DNA of 64,000 nt from Tubiluchus corallicola (Eukaryota > Animalia > Priapulida). Below the pieces are notes generated by a model. It did no database searches. It worked only from the letters and a program-made list of their open reading frames with translations, and was not told the origin of the DNA. Of this stretch, positions 49,543 to 61,556 are shown in pieces; positions within the stretch are counted from its first letter, which is position 1, and every line of letters starts with the position of its first letter. A program made the position numbers and the translations under genes. The stretch spans positions 558,001 through 622,000 of the forward strand of contig JAQGDQ010000094.1 in the NCBI GenBank assembly GCA_030141605.1, given 5' to 3'.

Positions 49543-51064
49543 TTTCTTCTTAACTTTTTTCACGCCGACAATTTGGTGTGTTTCTTCCATTTTTTTCCTT
49601 TTCATCCCGCTTACTTGGTCTGTATGTTTGCCTATTCTATGGGAACAAAGCCCTGCTGTAGTCTGCTGCTAGAGTGATTAAGCGAAGTTGTGAATTACAG
49701 CAAAAAGCTAATGAAAACAAAAAACAAAAACTGAAGTGTACGATTGTTCAGTATGACATCTTGTTGTACACGCTGTTAACTTAAGAGACAGTAAGGCTGT
49801 TTCTTGGCATATAGAAAAAAGTGATTAATAGAGTAGTCTTAGTTGCTGCATGAACACCAGAGCTTTTACGTTTCATTATGATTATTACATAAAATTGTTT
49901 TTCTAAATTCTCTTATAAGTATGAGGCACTTGGTGCTAGCAGTTAAACTGTCCCACAAGTATTTGGTTTATTTAGTGGCATTTTGTGTGTTTTCCCTTCG
50001 TGGCGTTTTCTGTGCAAGATTAATGATTGCGTTTATTGATTTTTTGTCTTTTTCTCATGTGGCTTCTATGTAATCCATGAAAAATTACTGCTGGTGTTAT
50101 CATTATAAAATTTTCAAAAACAAAATGGTTACATTTTTTATCCTTTTAACTTTTACATAAAGATAGTTCACAGCGTGAATTGACACGCCGCGTCTTAATT
50201 TTCATTTTTTCAACGTGTGTCTTTATCAATGACGAGTAAATTACAAAACTAATAGTGCCAAATAAGTAATATTAAAATAAATTTAATGAATACCCAAAAG
50301 TCCCATTAGTAGGGAAAAGACTGAGAATATGAAAGTAGCAAAATCATTGGTAGAAGAGTGGCAGCTACTTCTACTGTACATAATGCTGAAAGGACATTAA
50401 GTTAGCTGTGGTTAGCAAACCACGCTGATTGAATTTGCCCATGTAATCTATAAACTGCTGATAGTTAATTAGAGCTGCGAGGCTGAACACCATGCATAGT
50501 TAAAACCAATCGGTCACGTGATCAGTCACGTGGTCACTGCTTGGTTTCTCCTGTAGCTGACTCCTTAAATCTGCACAAGCTGCTAAATCCAAATGACAAG
50601 CGAATTGCGTCATTTTGCAATTACCGAGTGTTAAAACAAAATGTTGTTTTTGTACGCTGTTGACAAATTGTTCAAATTTGTGGAAACTGAAAGCAGTTAA
50701 GATAACGCATATTTGCCTGTGAAAGGTTCCTGTTTTGTTACTAAATAGCAAGATTGAAATGAACAATAGAGTAGAAAAAATTTCAAGAAATCGTGAACAA
50801 AAACACTTAGAAATGACAAAAAGAGCCAGAACTGGACTTTTCACAATTTTTGATTATCCTATGATCTAAGTACTGATAACTTCAACTGTATATAGGTCAA
50901 TAATATAATCACCGATTGTGCCAATTAATCACCTTATTACTTATTAGTGATTGGATTTTGTTCTCATAGATTTGTAAATACGCAGGGGAAGAAAGAGGGA
51001 TGAAAAGAGAAAAAATGTGGGAGGAACAAATCGAAGTTTCGACGTGAAAAGAGTTAAGAAGAAA
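49543..51064. repeat. Pair of ~65-bp imperfect inverted repeats 1.4 kb apart (possible TTAA-type DNA transposon)
   Basis: 49543-49608 (TTTCTTCTTAACTTTTTTCACGCCG...CTTTTCATCCC) matches the reverse complement of 50997-51064. Confidence 0.6.
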
Positions 51065-51091
51065 AAAATAGGAAAAGAATAAAAACTCGAC

Positions 51092-51325
51092 AACTAGAAA
51101 GCCACTCTGTAGAGTTCACTCAGCTCAGACTTTTCCATTACAAGAATACACTTAATAAATAAAATAGATTTCCTTTAGTAATTCTTGATCGATAATTAAC
51201 AAAAATGAAAATCATACCACTCCACAAAATTTCAAGGAAATCGGTTAAGTAGTTTTTACGTAATCCTGCTAACAGACAAACCAACAAACCAACGGCTATG
51301 AAAGCATACCCTCCATGGCAGTAGT
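51092..51325 (-). mobile_element. Helentron-associated non-autonomous element (HINE/DINE-1-like)
   Basis: AACTAGAAAGCCACTCTGTAGAG end with a short stem-loop, internal CAAAATTTCA...GTAATCCTGCTAACAGACAAAC-(AAAC)-like tract, and CCTCCATGGC at the other end; this layout is typical of the class. Confidence 0.6.
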
Positions 51326-53051
51326 TGGGGTGTCAGATTTGTGGAAGGTCGAAAATGTCGGAAAGAAAGCTTGTCCAGAAAAAAGAAAGCTAATATAAAA
51401 AGAAATTCAAAAAATGTATAATTTTGTATTAATGTTCTGATATTGATAACAGAACGATTTTGAATTTGAAAAATCAGATTTAAAACGGCTATCAGCTTAT
51501 AAAGCTTCTTCATTCTTGACAACAGAATTCACCACGTCATGTCTAATACCAACACTCTTTTCATAATAAAAACAACAAAATCATTGTTGAAAAATTAATT
51601 CAGAGTTAATAGATGTTTAATATTTGAATTCGGTCTGATTGCAGAGGCGTGTGGACTACTTCACACTGTGAAATAAGCCAGGAAGCTTCTTGTCCTTACC
51701 AGGCTTGAAAAAAATTGAAACAAAAAAAAAGCTGTAGAGGTCGTACGTTACGTACACTGTGACGTTTTCTAGCATCTTTTTAGCATTATTATTTGCTCAG
51801 AAAAGAAGCCCACCGGTTTACTGCTACATAGCAACAGCGGCATCAGCAGCAACTGCAACAACCGTCTTCGCAATTTTACTTTATTTCTTCAAAAGTCCGT
51901 TTTAATTAATTAGGTAAATTTGCTTGTTACAGCTTGTAAACAGCTGTGCGCAATTAATTAGTCAAGTCGTTTGCTGAACATGTAAAACTGATCAACCATT
52001 ACATCTGTTTATTACGTTTATGTAGGGTGACGTATTCTAATGAATTCCTGTTGGGATTCAACAACAATAATTAAAATTTTATTGCTATGATTTGTGGAAA
52101 ACCACTATTCATTTCATGTATTTAGTAAAGTAGATCTGAGATTAAAGTCATGGAGACGGTTTAACCAAATCGGTTTTGAATTTGTTGTGAATTGGGTGGG
52201 TGGAATTATGGTATAGAAGTCAAAGAAATTCAGTTCATTTCTGGGGTTTATTAAACAAAAATCAATCAAAATTTAAAAGAAGCATTAATCTATATTCAGG
52301 AATTTTACGCCGAGGACGCTTCAGTTCTGATATCAAGATCGAAGACTAATACTGTTAAAGATTTTGTCGGAAAGATAATATGATATCTGCCAAGCTTGAT
52401 AGAATTACATTATATAGTTAAGTTGGAAAGTTTAGTTAGCTAAAGCCAGAAATGAGTTGGAGTCAAGCCTTAAGTTACTGAATATTTTTCATTTTTATAG
52501 TACAAAAATTCAGAATAGTTTAGTAGTATTATTTGATGTACAAATAATTGTAATCTATAGGTTATAGTCTATAATCCATTATTGTAATCTCTCCTGCTTT
52601 TACTAAATTTGAAAATATCTAGTGACTTTAAAAGTGAAATCAAACAAAAATATGGAAACTGTGTCAGAAACACTTAATTCTAATAGTTATGGGTCTTGGC
52701 CAGAATAGAATTGAATCACACAGCACGCATTTTTGCACCTAGTCCATAGGTTTTGTGAATTTACATGGCAAATAGCCTTAGCAAACATGCGATATTACGA
52801 TATTATCGATACAACTTTTCGATATTAAAACGGGTGCTAATGATCAAGGTTTTAGCTAAATGTCAGAAATTTAGATTGATTAGATTAATCGTAATTCTAG
52901 ACACGTGAAACACGATTTTTTTTGTAATTTTAAGATATGCATTTGACAAACAAGTGCTAACAAATGTAAATAAATTGGCACAGGAAAATGTCACACTTAG
53001 TAAATATGTGTTTATGGTTAGCGTTACAGTGGGTGATAATTATTTTAGTTA

Positions 53052-53225
53052 TTTTTATCTTTGCCAAGGAAGTTGCGCTTCAACAAAGTTTGTTTGTCTG
53101 TTTGTTTGGTTGCCCTTTGTCAGTTATGGCAGTAAGCCTACTACGCCAGAACTTGACGACCGAACACTTTGTACAAAAAGCATTCGTGAAGCACTTCGTG
53201 GGGGTCTCAGAGGAAATATCTAGTA
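53052..53225 (+). mobile_element. Degenerate HINE-like element, related to the 51092 element but in the opposite orientation
   Basis: TTTATCTTTGCCAAGGAAGTT start, GTTTGTTTGTCTGTTTGTTTG tract, CTAGT end. Confidence 0.45.
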
Positions 53226-54074
53226 CATCTTTTTTGCTATCTCCGCTTAGGCAAACAACTACGAGTTAGTTGCAGTTCCATTCTCGCTTGTATATTAAAA
53301 CTGTGTAACGCTGCATATAACCTTCACTTATTAAGGTGTATAACCTAATAAGGTGAGTTACTATATATATATGCTGTCTATGTGTAGAGACACGTATATA
53401 TTTGTCAGTCTATTAATGCGCCAAAATTAATGGCTAAAAAGTAGATAAACACTGTGTGGAACGTTCGTGCATTATTGATTATAAATCTATTTAATGAACA
53501 AATATTATAAGTCTTTTGCTAGTCTATATAACACCAATGCAGGTATATTTTTGTATTACTGCCTGTTTACCTTTGTGTTAAAATTTTTTAATCACCAAAA
53601 TCAGACGAATAAGTTTACGATTGTTCGGCTTTGCTAGAGATCTGTTTCTTACTGAGCGCATTCTAGTTTTATTACAGAAATCAAGTACATTAAAATAGCA
53701 TACATGCCATTTTTCCTGTGTCATTTTTACCGCGCACCTGCTAACACGTGTTGAACTTCACCTGCGTGTACCATCATCGTCATCATCGGGCTTCTTATCT
53801 TGTAATTCTTAACGGGAAATTTTTTTGTCTTGATAAACAGAGCCTTGCCAGCTTTCTGAAGGAGATTAATGTAAACCTAATCAAAATAAACTAAGAATTC
53901 TAGTTTTGTAGACCGGAATTCATATTTTCACCCTTCTAATAACCTTCTTACGTTAAGTAGCTACTAGCTTTGTTTGGAGCTAAATTTGTATAGAAAATAA
54001 AAATGTAAATTTTAGATTCTTTTGAAGAAAAATTATTTTAACAGCAATTTACTCTGGGAAAACTTAGAAATTTG

Positions 54075-54659
54075 GAATGGAAGTACTAACGTGCTTGGAT
54101 CCGGCACGTCATATTTGTAGCTCGTTTCTTGTAAATTTAATGGTTTCTTTAAGCTTTTATTTTTGCCATGGCCCGTTTTATTCGTGAAAATCTACAATTT
54201 TGCTACGATGACGAAATGCGTTTGTTTTTATCAGCACTGTCTATCAGGTATAAAACCGCAGATACATAATGGCCTCGTCGGTTCAGTGGATAGGCAGAAG
54301 GTGTTTTTAACAACTCAGCACTTGTTCTTGTCAGCCAACATGTAGACCTCGAAGTAGATTCCTGGCTAGTCTCTGTTTAAATTCGTGTTTCGAGTTCAAT
54401 GTGTATCAGCATCATCGTTATAATATATTAGAATGACAGAAGCCCAACAATATAATTAATGCCTAGGTCAGATCCATTTAACGGGCATATTTGAGGGCAT
54501 ATTGGGAAAGTGAAAAGTCGGCGTTCGTTAGGGTCTGCGCAATGGTTTCTATAATGAAATCCGTGGCCTGTGATAGCCTTCAAAGTTAAATGCGACGCAA
54601 ACACCTTCAATAACATGACCAAGCTTTCGGTATTTCGTGCTTCGTGCCGGATCCAATAA
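54075..54659 (-). mobile_element. HINE-like element of a second family
   Basis: 14-bp subterminal inverted repeat TTGGATCCGGCACG (54095-54108) / CGTGCCGGATCCAA (54643-54656), with a small stem-loop at the left end; the same end recurs at 63962-64000. Confidence 0.6.
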
Positions 54660-56269
54660 CTAGTGCATTGTCACACATTTGTTACTTATTCAACGAAGGT
54701 CACTTGCTAACCTCTTTTATTGCTACTTCCATAAAAGTTTCTTCTAATGTAGATGGTGGCTTCGTTGGTCGTCTCATGTTCTTTTACAAGTAGAGTACCT
54801 GAAGTAAAGCAAGTCAAATACATAATTTATTAGCAACCGATGTGAACTAAAATTTGTAAAAGTTTGTATTTCATCATTAATTCAGTACAAGATTCGGTTT
54901 GTATTAGAGCGATCTTATAGTATTCGGTTCTAATTTTTATTAATTTAACCGCTACAAAATAGTAAATATCTGTATATCAAAAGTTTATGAATAGTTTTTA
55001 AAATCCTCATTATCAGTTGTCGATGGAAAAACACATTATGAATTTCATTTTACTTTTGTAAGTGCAAGTTTACATACTTAAAATAACAACAGTTTGACAA
55101 AATCTGTTTATTTCTTCGGTTCTGGCCTATAAGTTACTAATGAGAGTCGAATACATTTCCCAATAACAGAGAAATGAGGCAAACGCGCAAAGGCAAATTT
55201 GAACGTTTGCCGTAAGAAGCCGCGACCATTAGAAATTTGAAGCTGGGAGTGAACAAATATACAGACTACATTAATAATTTAAATCTGTGGAAATCGCTAG
55301 TTTTAAAATGATAAAGTTTTGAACATTATTAGGCTTCATTCATTAGCAGAAACGTCGCACAGTTAATTCTTATTTTTAACAAGGCATGCGCCATTCTATT
55401 CCCTTTATATTAATCTGCAAATTATGTGGATGAACTAGGTTTATTTATTACATTTTGACACAAAGAACAGCGCACACCAATGATGCAGTGTAAGAATCAC
55501 ACAAACGCATACAATTAGACTAGAAATGTACACCAAAATATAAAGTACGCATAAAAAGTAATATAAGTCGACGTGTTTATCTGCAAATGTCTACAACTGT
55601 AATACGTTTCATGTTGTTTATCAGCCACTGCTGTCTACGAAATTGAATGTGGTAAAAACACATTTGTAGAAATTCCTGAAACAGTAGCTACAGGCACTTT
55701 TCTAAGAATGTAAATTATGCTCTCAGTAAAAACTGACATTTTTTGATATTGTTACACGAAGGTCCACTGGCTTCCAGATAAATTTTTCGTAAACTAAGAT
55801 ATTTGTATAATCTTTATATTGTCTCGCTGTAAGAATGCCACTGAAGCTTGACACGCGCTGCAAAGGGAGGTAGAATATTGTAATTATTATAGACCACTGT
55901 TTCACTGAATAATTGATCACGTGATAACATATATACGTCTCTCTCGCTGCTTTCTATCGCTGGGGAGTTAAAACATAATGGAAATTGTATCAAGCTAACC
56001 GTAATGGCACATGGGTAGTAAGACTATGTAGACTTGCTTCAGTGTAACATATTTTAAATGTCTATAGTAAATAGACCTTTAGGCGGTAGTCGACACACGG
56101 CTACGGCAATTGTTACTAGTCGTAAAGTATAAGATGTGAGGTGTTTATCACCCAAATTAACATATCACGTATTTTATTCATAAATAATTTGAACAACAGT
56201 TCAGGACATGTGATGATAGCAAAAGTACGTTAAATGAATAAAATTGCCCAGTTTGAGCAGGATAATACA

Positions 56270-56445
56270 TATAAAACATCACTTTAAAAAAATTACAATA
56301 TATAAAACTTAGGTTTAAAACAATTACTATATATAAAACACAGGTTTCAAACAATTACATTATATAAATATACGTTTAGAACGATTACAATCTAACATTT
56401 ACACAATTGCATTTATTTATCTATTTATTTATTTATTTATTTATT
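56270..56445. repeat. Degenerate ~31-bp tandem repeat followed by (TTTA)n
   Basis: Repeated tataaaac....gttt.aaacaattac units. Confidence 0.6.
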
Positions 56446-57060
56446 ATTAACAATTGCGTTTAACAGTAATGCACAAAAAACAATTAAGAAACTAACCAAG
56501 TAATAATTACACAGAGAGATGATCTGAAAATTTGAAATTAGTTAAAAGATAAATGAGATTCTTTTAAAGCTTGGTAAAACACATCGGCAAAATTGAAAGT
56601 TTACATTTCGATGTCAAGATGGACTGAGTCATTCCAACTCGGGTATGCTGTTGAATAGAGAATATGTGGGTAATGTTGTAATCTTTCTTATTTTCTTGAA
56701 TATTTTTGATGAAAGACTGGTTATAGATCTTACCTTGTGTGGTCATTAGTCTTGTTTGGGAGCGTATGTGCACCTTTTATCCTTATTTTACACTTACTTA
56801 CATTGATTTTCCTGACTTTATTTCATTGATCTTAATTAACCTGGTTTGACTTGCTTACGTTGAATTTGTTGTGACATTTGGAGGCTGCTATCGCTACGTT
56901 CTTTCGCCAAAATTACAGGCTTCTGTAATTTAATTTATAGTTCAAAAAGTCTGTAGTCTTCTAATGAATTTTTTTTAAACTAACAACAAACTGTTATAAT
57001 TAAGAATTGGGGTAAATTTCTGCATTTCACGTTATTTATTGTTTATCTGAATAAAAACTA

Positions 57061-58013
57061 CCGTAAAACGGGGTGAGTTCGCCACTTTTTAAGGGTATTT
57101 TTTTACATTTCCTGCCTTAGCAAGAGAATTAGCCAACCGATTTTCTTAGTTCAAGCTTTATATTGCCCTTCGAATAAAACACTATCGTGGGGTGAATTCG
57201 CCGCTAACAATTTAACACTGTTTAATGCCATTCTAGGCAGCTGAAGTTAACTGGTTGTGATTGGCTGGTTGGGGGTGAGTTCGCCACCCTATGAAAAAAT
57301 TATAAAAAATGTCTAGTTTTAGTTTTCAAATATAAACTTCTACGTTGGCAAGGAAGGCTTGAACGTCTTGTGCACTGATCTTATCGCGGTCGCCCTTGAT
57401 GTTGCCAGCCACTCTGAAAACCAGATTGTTCCTTCGGGCGAATGATTTGACAAAGTCTATTCCAGGGGTGTTTGCCTTGAATCGTCGTTCCTGGATTCCC
57501 TTCGCGTCAAGAACACTCTTAATCAGTAGTCGGAGATCGATGGCAGTCATTGGGAACCCCCACTCAGCGGCCACTGGGAGTGTACTGGCGATTTCGTGCT
57601 CCTCGGCGGCGGAGAACACTGGCTGACTTCCGGTCTTCTGCGGATGACTTCCGGAGAGTTTGTCAGAAAGGTCTTTCTTGGAACTCCGAATTGCCTCGCC
57701 GCTGGGCTGATTGTCCTGTTGGTATTCTTGACGGCATGTAGGGCAGCTTCCAGAGCTTCTGGGGTATAATTTTGGTATCTATGACCCGGTACAGTGGTGC
57801 AGGTGCGTGGCATGTTAAGTAGCCAGAAATAGTAGACAAATAATATGTAGCGCAGAATGGAATACTTCTAGTGCGAATTGAAAGAAGATAACTGTCGCAA
57901 ACTGTTTATAATGACGGTGATCATGATATCTGTTCATTAAATACTGAACAATAGTTACAGCAAACCTACAATGGCCATTATGTAAGGGGTGGCGAACTCA
58001 CCCCGTTTTACGG
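57061..58013 (-). mobile_element. Internally deleted pogo/Fot1-like DNA transposon (953 bp)
   Basis: Perfect 25-bp TIRs CCGTAAAACGGGGTGAGTTCGCCAC (57061-57085 / 57989-58013), TA on both sides, and internal direct copies of the TIR core at ~57189 and ~57272. Confidence 0.93.
57326..57813 (-). pseudogene. Truncated pogo-family transposase (HTH_psq plus CENP-B-type HTH; one frameshift; no DDE domain)
   Basis: YTPEALEAALHAV...AARQFGVPRKT; a 1-nt shift near 57670 continues as SDKLSG...PVFSAAEEHEIA...WGFPMT...PGIDFVKSFARRN. Confidence 0.88.
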
Positions 58014-58178
58014 TAGTTATTTATTTATTCACTTGCTAGTACTATGCTGAAATTGATGGAGCAAAATTAGCCAGGATTTGTACTGAAATATGGTCGAGTA
58101 AAAGTACAGCGGCTAGCCGTCTCTGGCGTTGATTAATGCTCTTTCTCGCCTAGATCTCAATGGTCTTTGTTATTTCAG

Positions 58179-58654
58179 GTTCACACTGTAAATATTGGAT
58201 GATCAGTCGAGTGGACAAGGGAAAATCCTTGACCGATCAATACGTGATTGCCAAACCTAATTGATATCGATTACGCTAATCGATGCTGTGACCGTAGTTG
58301 TGTTTGCATCTGCCGATGGCTGTTCCCACTCAAGAAGACCTTCAGAAAAAGCGGAGCCCTTTTAGTGGGAAGCCCTTTTATTTATAATGAAGCGAGAAGA
58401 GCTGTACACGTTCTTGAAGAACCGCATTTCTTCGGGAAAAACCGAAACGTGATACAATGTAATGGTGCAAAAATAGAAACCTCTATAAACTCACAAGAAA
58501 ACACGAGCCAACGCTGCGGCAGCTTAATTAGTTTTATTGGTGCTAACTCACCTCATTGTGTTGGCGGTAGCGTGATGGATATGAGAGTACGCATGAACAT
58601 TTTCACGCACCCACCACGGACATGTCGGTAGTGATTAACATCAGCTGTGCGGAC
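58179..58654 (+). other. Candidate 5' UTR exon of the Kv1 gene
   Basis: ttatttcag acceptor, GAC|gtaagt donor, more GC-rich than its flanks; next acceptor candidate at 58864/58865. Confidence 0.45.
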
Positions 58655-59058
58655 GTAAGTGGTTTCAGTCCTTCGATGTTGACGTAATTAGCAATAACAG
58701 CTTCGTGCTAGATTAGATATTAGTGAGCTTAATCGAGGAAGGTCTACTAACACATGAGACTTGCTGCAGCCACTAATATACTAAAGACTTATTAGTTTAT
58801 TATAGTGGCACTTGCGTAGTGAGAACGTAAATTTTTGTGTCTTTCTTTATGTTGCATGACATAGACAAGTCTGTGGTCACATTTGAAGGTAACAAGACTT
58901 GGCCCATTGGTTGACAAAATGCATGATAGTAGTGTAGTGCTAATCAACTACACACATTGATTCTAATGGCATTTAATTTTATTCTTGGTAAGCGCCTGGA
59001 ATCTGTAGCTGAAGGATGCGTTGAACCACGGTACGAAAAAGAAAAACGAGAAAAGAGC

Positions 59059-60462
59059 ATGGCAGCCGAGAAAAGGAGAGCAGCACAGGAGTGCCTTTTA
59101 TTGGAGGAGGATGACAGCAGGGCAGATCCATCAAAATCCTCGCAGCAGTCAGACACAAACAGACAGAGCAGCGATCTGAACAAGAATGGCGTCATCTGTT
59201 CAGATCATCCTAACACACGCATAATGATCAACATCAGTGGTTTAAGGTTCGAGACCCGGGTAAAGACGTTACGTCGGTACCCTGATTCTTTGTTGGGTAA
59301 TCCAGCCAAACGTTGCAAGTACTTCGACACTTTGAGGAACGAGTATTATTTTGACCGACATCGACCTAGCTTTGATGCAATTCTCCATTATTACCAGAGT
59401 AAAGGGCGACTGCAGCGACCTGCCAATGTTCCTATGGACGTATTCATCAGTGAAATCAAATTTTTCCAATTAGGCGAGAAGGTGCTTGAGCAATACTTGG
59501 AAGGAGAAGGCATCGTGAAGGAGAAACCAAGAGCTTTACCAAAAAACCCCACTTTGAGGACAATCTGGAAATTGTTTGAGCACCCAGATGCCGGATGGCC
59601 ATCACGTATTGTGGCAGTTATATCAATATCAGTCATAGTGTTATCTGTGATCACATTCTGTGTGGAAACGTTACCAGAATTTTCTCAAAATAAAACTGTT
59701 TTGTTTCAAAATGCCACAAGAGATGAGATTGGGGCCTTTCTTTTTAGCGATCCTTTCTTTGTCATTGAGACATTGTGTGTGTGCTGGTTTACATTTGAGT
59801 TAATCATGCGTTTTGTGTCGTCGCCAAATAAATTTAAGTTCTGGAAAAGTTTTATGAATATTATAGATTTGACTGCCATCGTGCCATACTTCATAGGTCT
59901 ATCAGTGACATACATCAACAAGTCTGGAGATATGGGATCGATGAGCTTAGCTGTACTCAGGGTTCTTCGTCTAGTCAGGGTGTTTAGAATATTTAAACTG
60001 TCACGACATTACAAAGGTTTGCAAGTCATTGGTCAAACTTTACGAGCAAGTATTCCAGAATTAGGATTACTTACTTTCTTTCTCATCATTGGCATGATTC
60101 TTTTTGCTAGTGCTGTCTACTTTGCCGAACTCGACAAAAGTGACTCTCACTTCACTAGTATTCCAGCCGCATTTTGGTGGGTGGTTGTCACCATGACCAC
60201 AGTTGGATATGGTGACATGTTTCCACAAACAGGTTGGGGAAAGTTGGTGGGATCTCTCTGTGTGATATCCGGTGTTCTGACAATAGCACTTCCTGTGCCT
60301 ATCATTGTGTCAAATTTTGATTATTATTACCACCGTCATTGTGACACTGAAGCTTATACGACAGAAGAGGAGGATCCTCAAGCTGATGGCGATATAGGTA
60401 CCAGAATAGATTTGGAAGCAGCTGGTAGCAAAAATGATGATTACGATGAAACACATTGCTGA
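59059..60462 (+). CDS. KCNA: Shaker-family (Kv1/KCNA) voltage-gated potassium channel, intronless CDS, 467 aa (in-frame upstream ATG at 58966 is an alternative start)
   Basis: T1 domain ([10 protein letters not shown]...[15 protein letters not shown]), S1-S6, S4 [18 protein letters not shown], selectivity filter [10 protein letters not shown]6 gate LPVP; ATG at 59059 is in AGCATGG context. Confidence 0.97.
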   Translation: MAAEKRRAAQECLLLEEDDSRADPSKSSQQSDTNRQSSDLNKNGVICSDHPNTRIMINISGLRFETRVKTLRRYPDSLLGNPAKRCKYFDTLRNEYYFDRHRPSFDAILHYYQSKGRLQRPANVPMDVFISEIKFFQLGEKVLEQYLEGEGIVKEKPRALPKNPTLRTIWKLFEHPDAGWPSRIVAVISISVIVLSVITFCVETLPEFSQNKTVLFQNATRDEIGAFLFSDPFFVIETLCVCWFTFELIMRFVSSPNKFKFWKSFMNIIDLTAIVPYFIGLSVTYINKSGDMGSMSLAVLRVLRLVRVFRIFKLSRHYKGLQVIGQTLRASIPELGLLTFFLIIGMILFASAVYFAELDKSDSHFTSIPAAFWWVVVTMTTVGYGDMFPQTGWGKLVGSLCVISGVLTIALPVPIIVSNFDYYYHRHCDTEAYTTEEEDPQADGDIGTRIDLEAAGSKNDDYDETHC

Positions 60463-61439
60463 GATACAGAACGGATTCGTGGTGGATATCTTACAAGCGT
60501 ACGTTATTTATGTTTAATAATTGTTTCTCTGTAATACTCATTTCTGGAATGTCTACGATCTGGAATTTTTTCGTTTTGCAGTGTATTTTAAATTTGTTAA
60601 CAGTTTTAACTAAGTAAAGAAGTTTTTCAACTTGATTATTAGAGCCCTAATATAGGCATGTACCCCATTTTCATTCCATATTAGAATGCCTTGTATACAT
60701 TCTGTATGTATAGTCATGAGAAATGTGACCTTGTCTTTTACTGTGATACATATAAAGACGGTCAGGTGAACTATAATCATACCTAGGTTTACCGCAATAC
60801 ATGATGTTGGTCTCACATTTCAAGTATGCTCGTCTTTATTATAATGTGTAATGTTTTGCTAAGTCTGGACTTTAAATGTTCTGCATTTTGTTCGAATTAT
60901 TCCTATTTTAACAAATTGTAAAAGTAGTAAGTCTTGATTAAGTTGCTGCAACGCTGCTTTAAATTAGGACTGGTGCCGTAAAATCATTTTGTTCATTCAA
61001 ATGTACTGAACTTCATAATATACTTAGATATCGTTTACTACAGTAACTCTGTTTAATTCGTATCTTTGAGGATGGATGAAATTCTTCGTATTATGCGAAA
61101 TATGGGTTCTGTGACAATTTGTACATGCGCATAGAAGCTCATTTGAGTTGTCAGAGTTAATCAGGTCTGTCGTTAGCTGATTTGATTGTATAAAATGATG
61201 GAAAGCAATGTGGTCTATTAATAAACATGGATGTTTATGAAACAAACATGTTATTTGCTTAAGGCTATGCGATATAATGCCTACCTTCAAAGTAGATGTT
61301 GTTTTCTTATACGGATTGTTTGCCATTTTTATCTTGCTATAACGTTGATAACATTTGTTGTTTCCAGTACCATTTCAAAACTATATTGTGTATTTCTTTC
61401 TATTAATTTTTTTGTTATGTCATGCTCAGTTTTGCAGCC

Positions 61440-61556
<117 letters not shown>

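Noticed and set aside
58248-58631. 127-aa ORF as a separate gene
   Set aside because: TTG start, no recognisable domain, and it lies within a probable Kv1 UTR exon.
58944-59921. Minus-strand ORFs overlapping Kv1
   Set aside because: Antisense shadows of the channel CDS.
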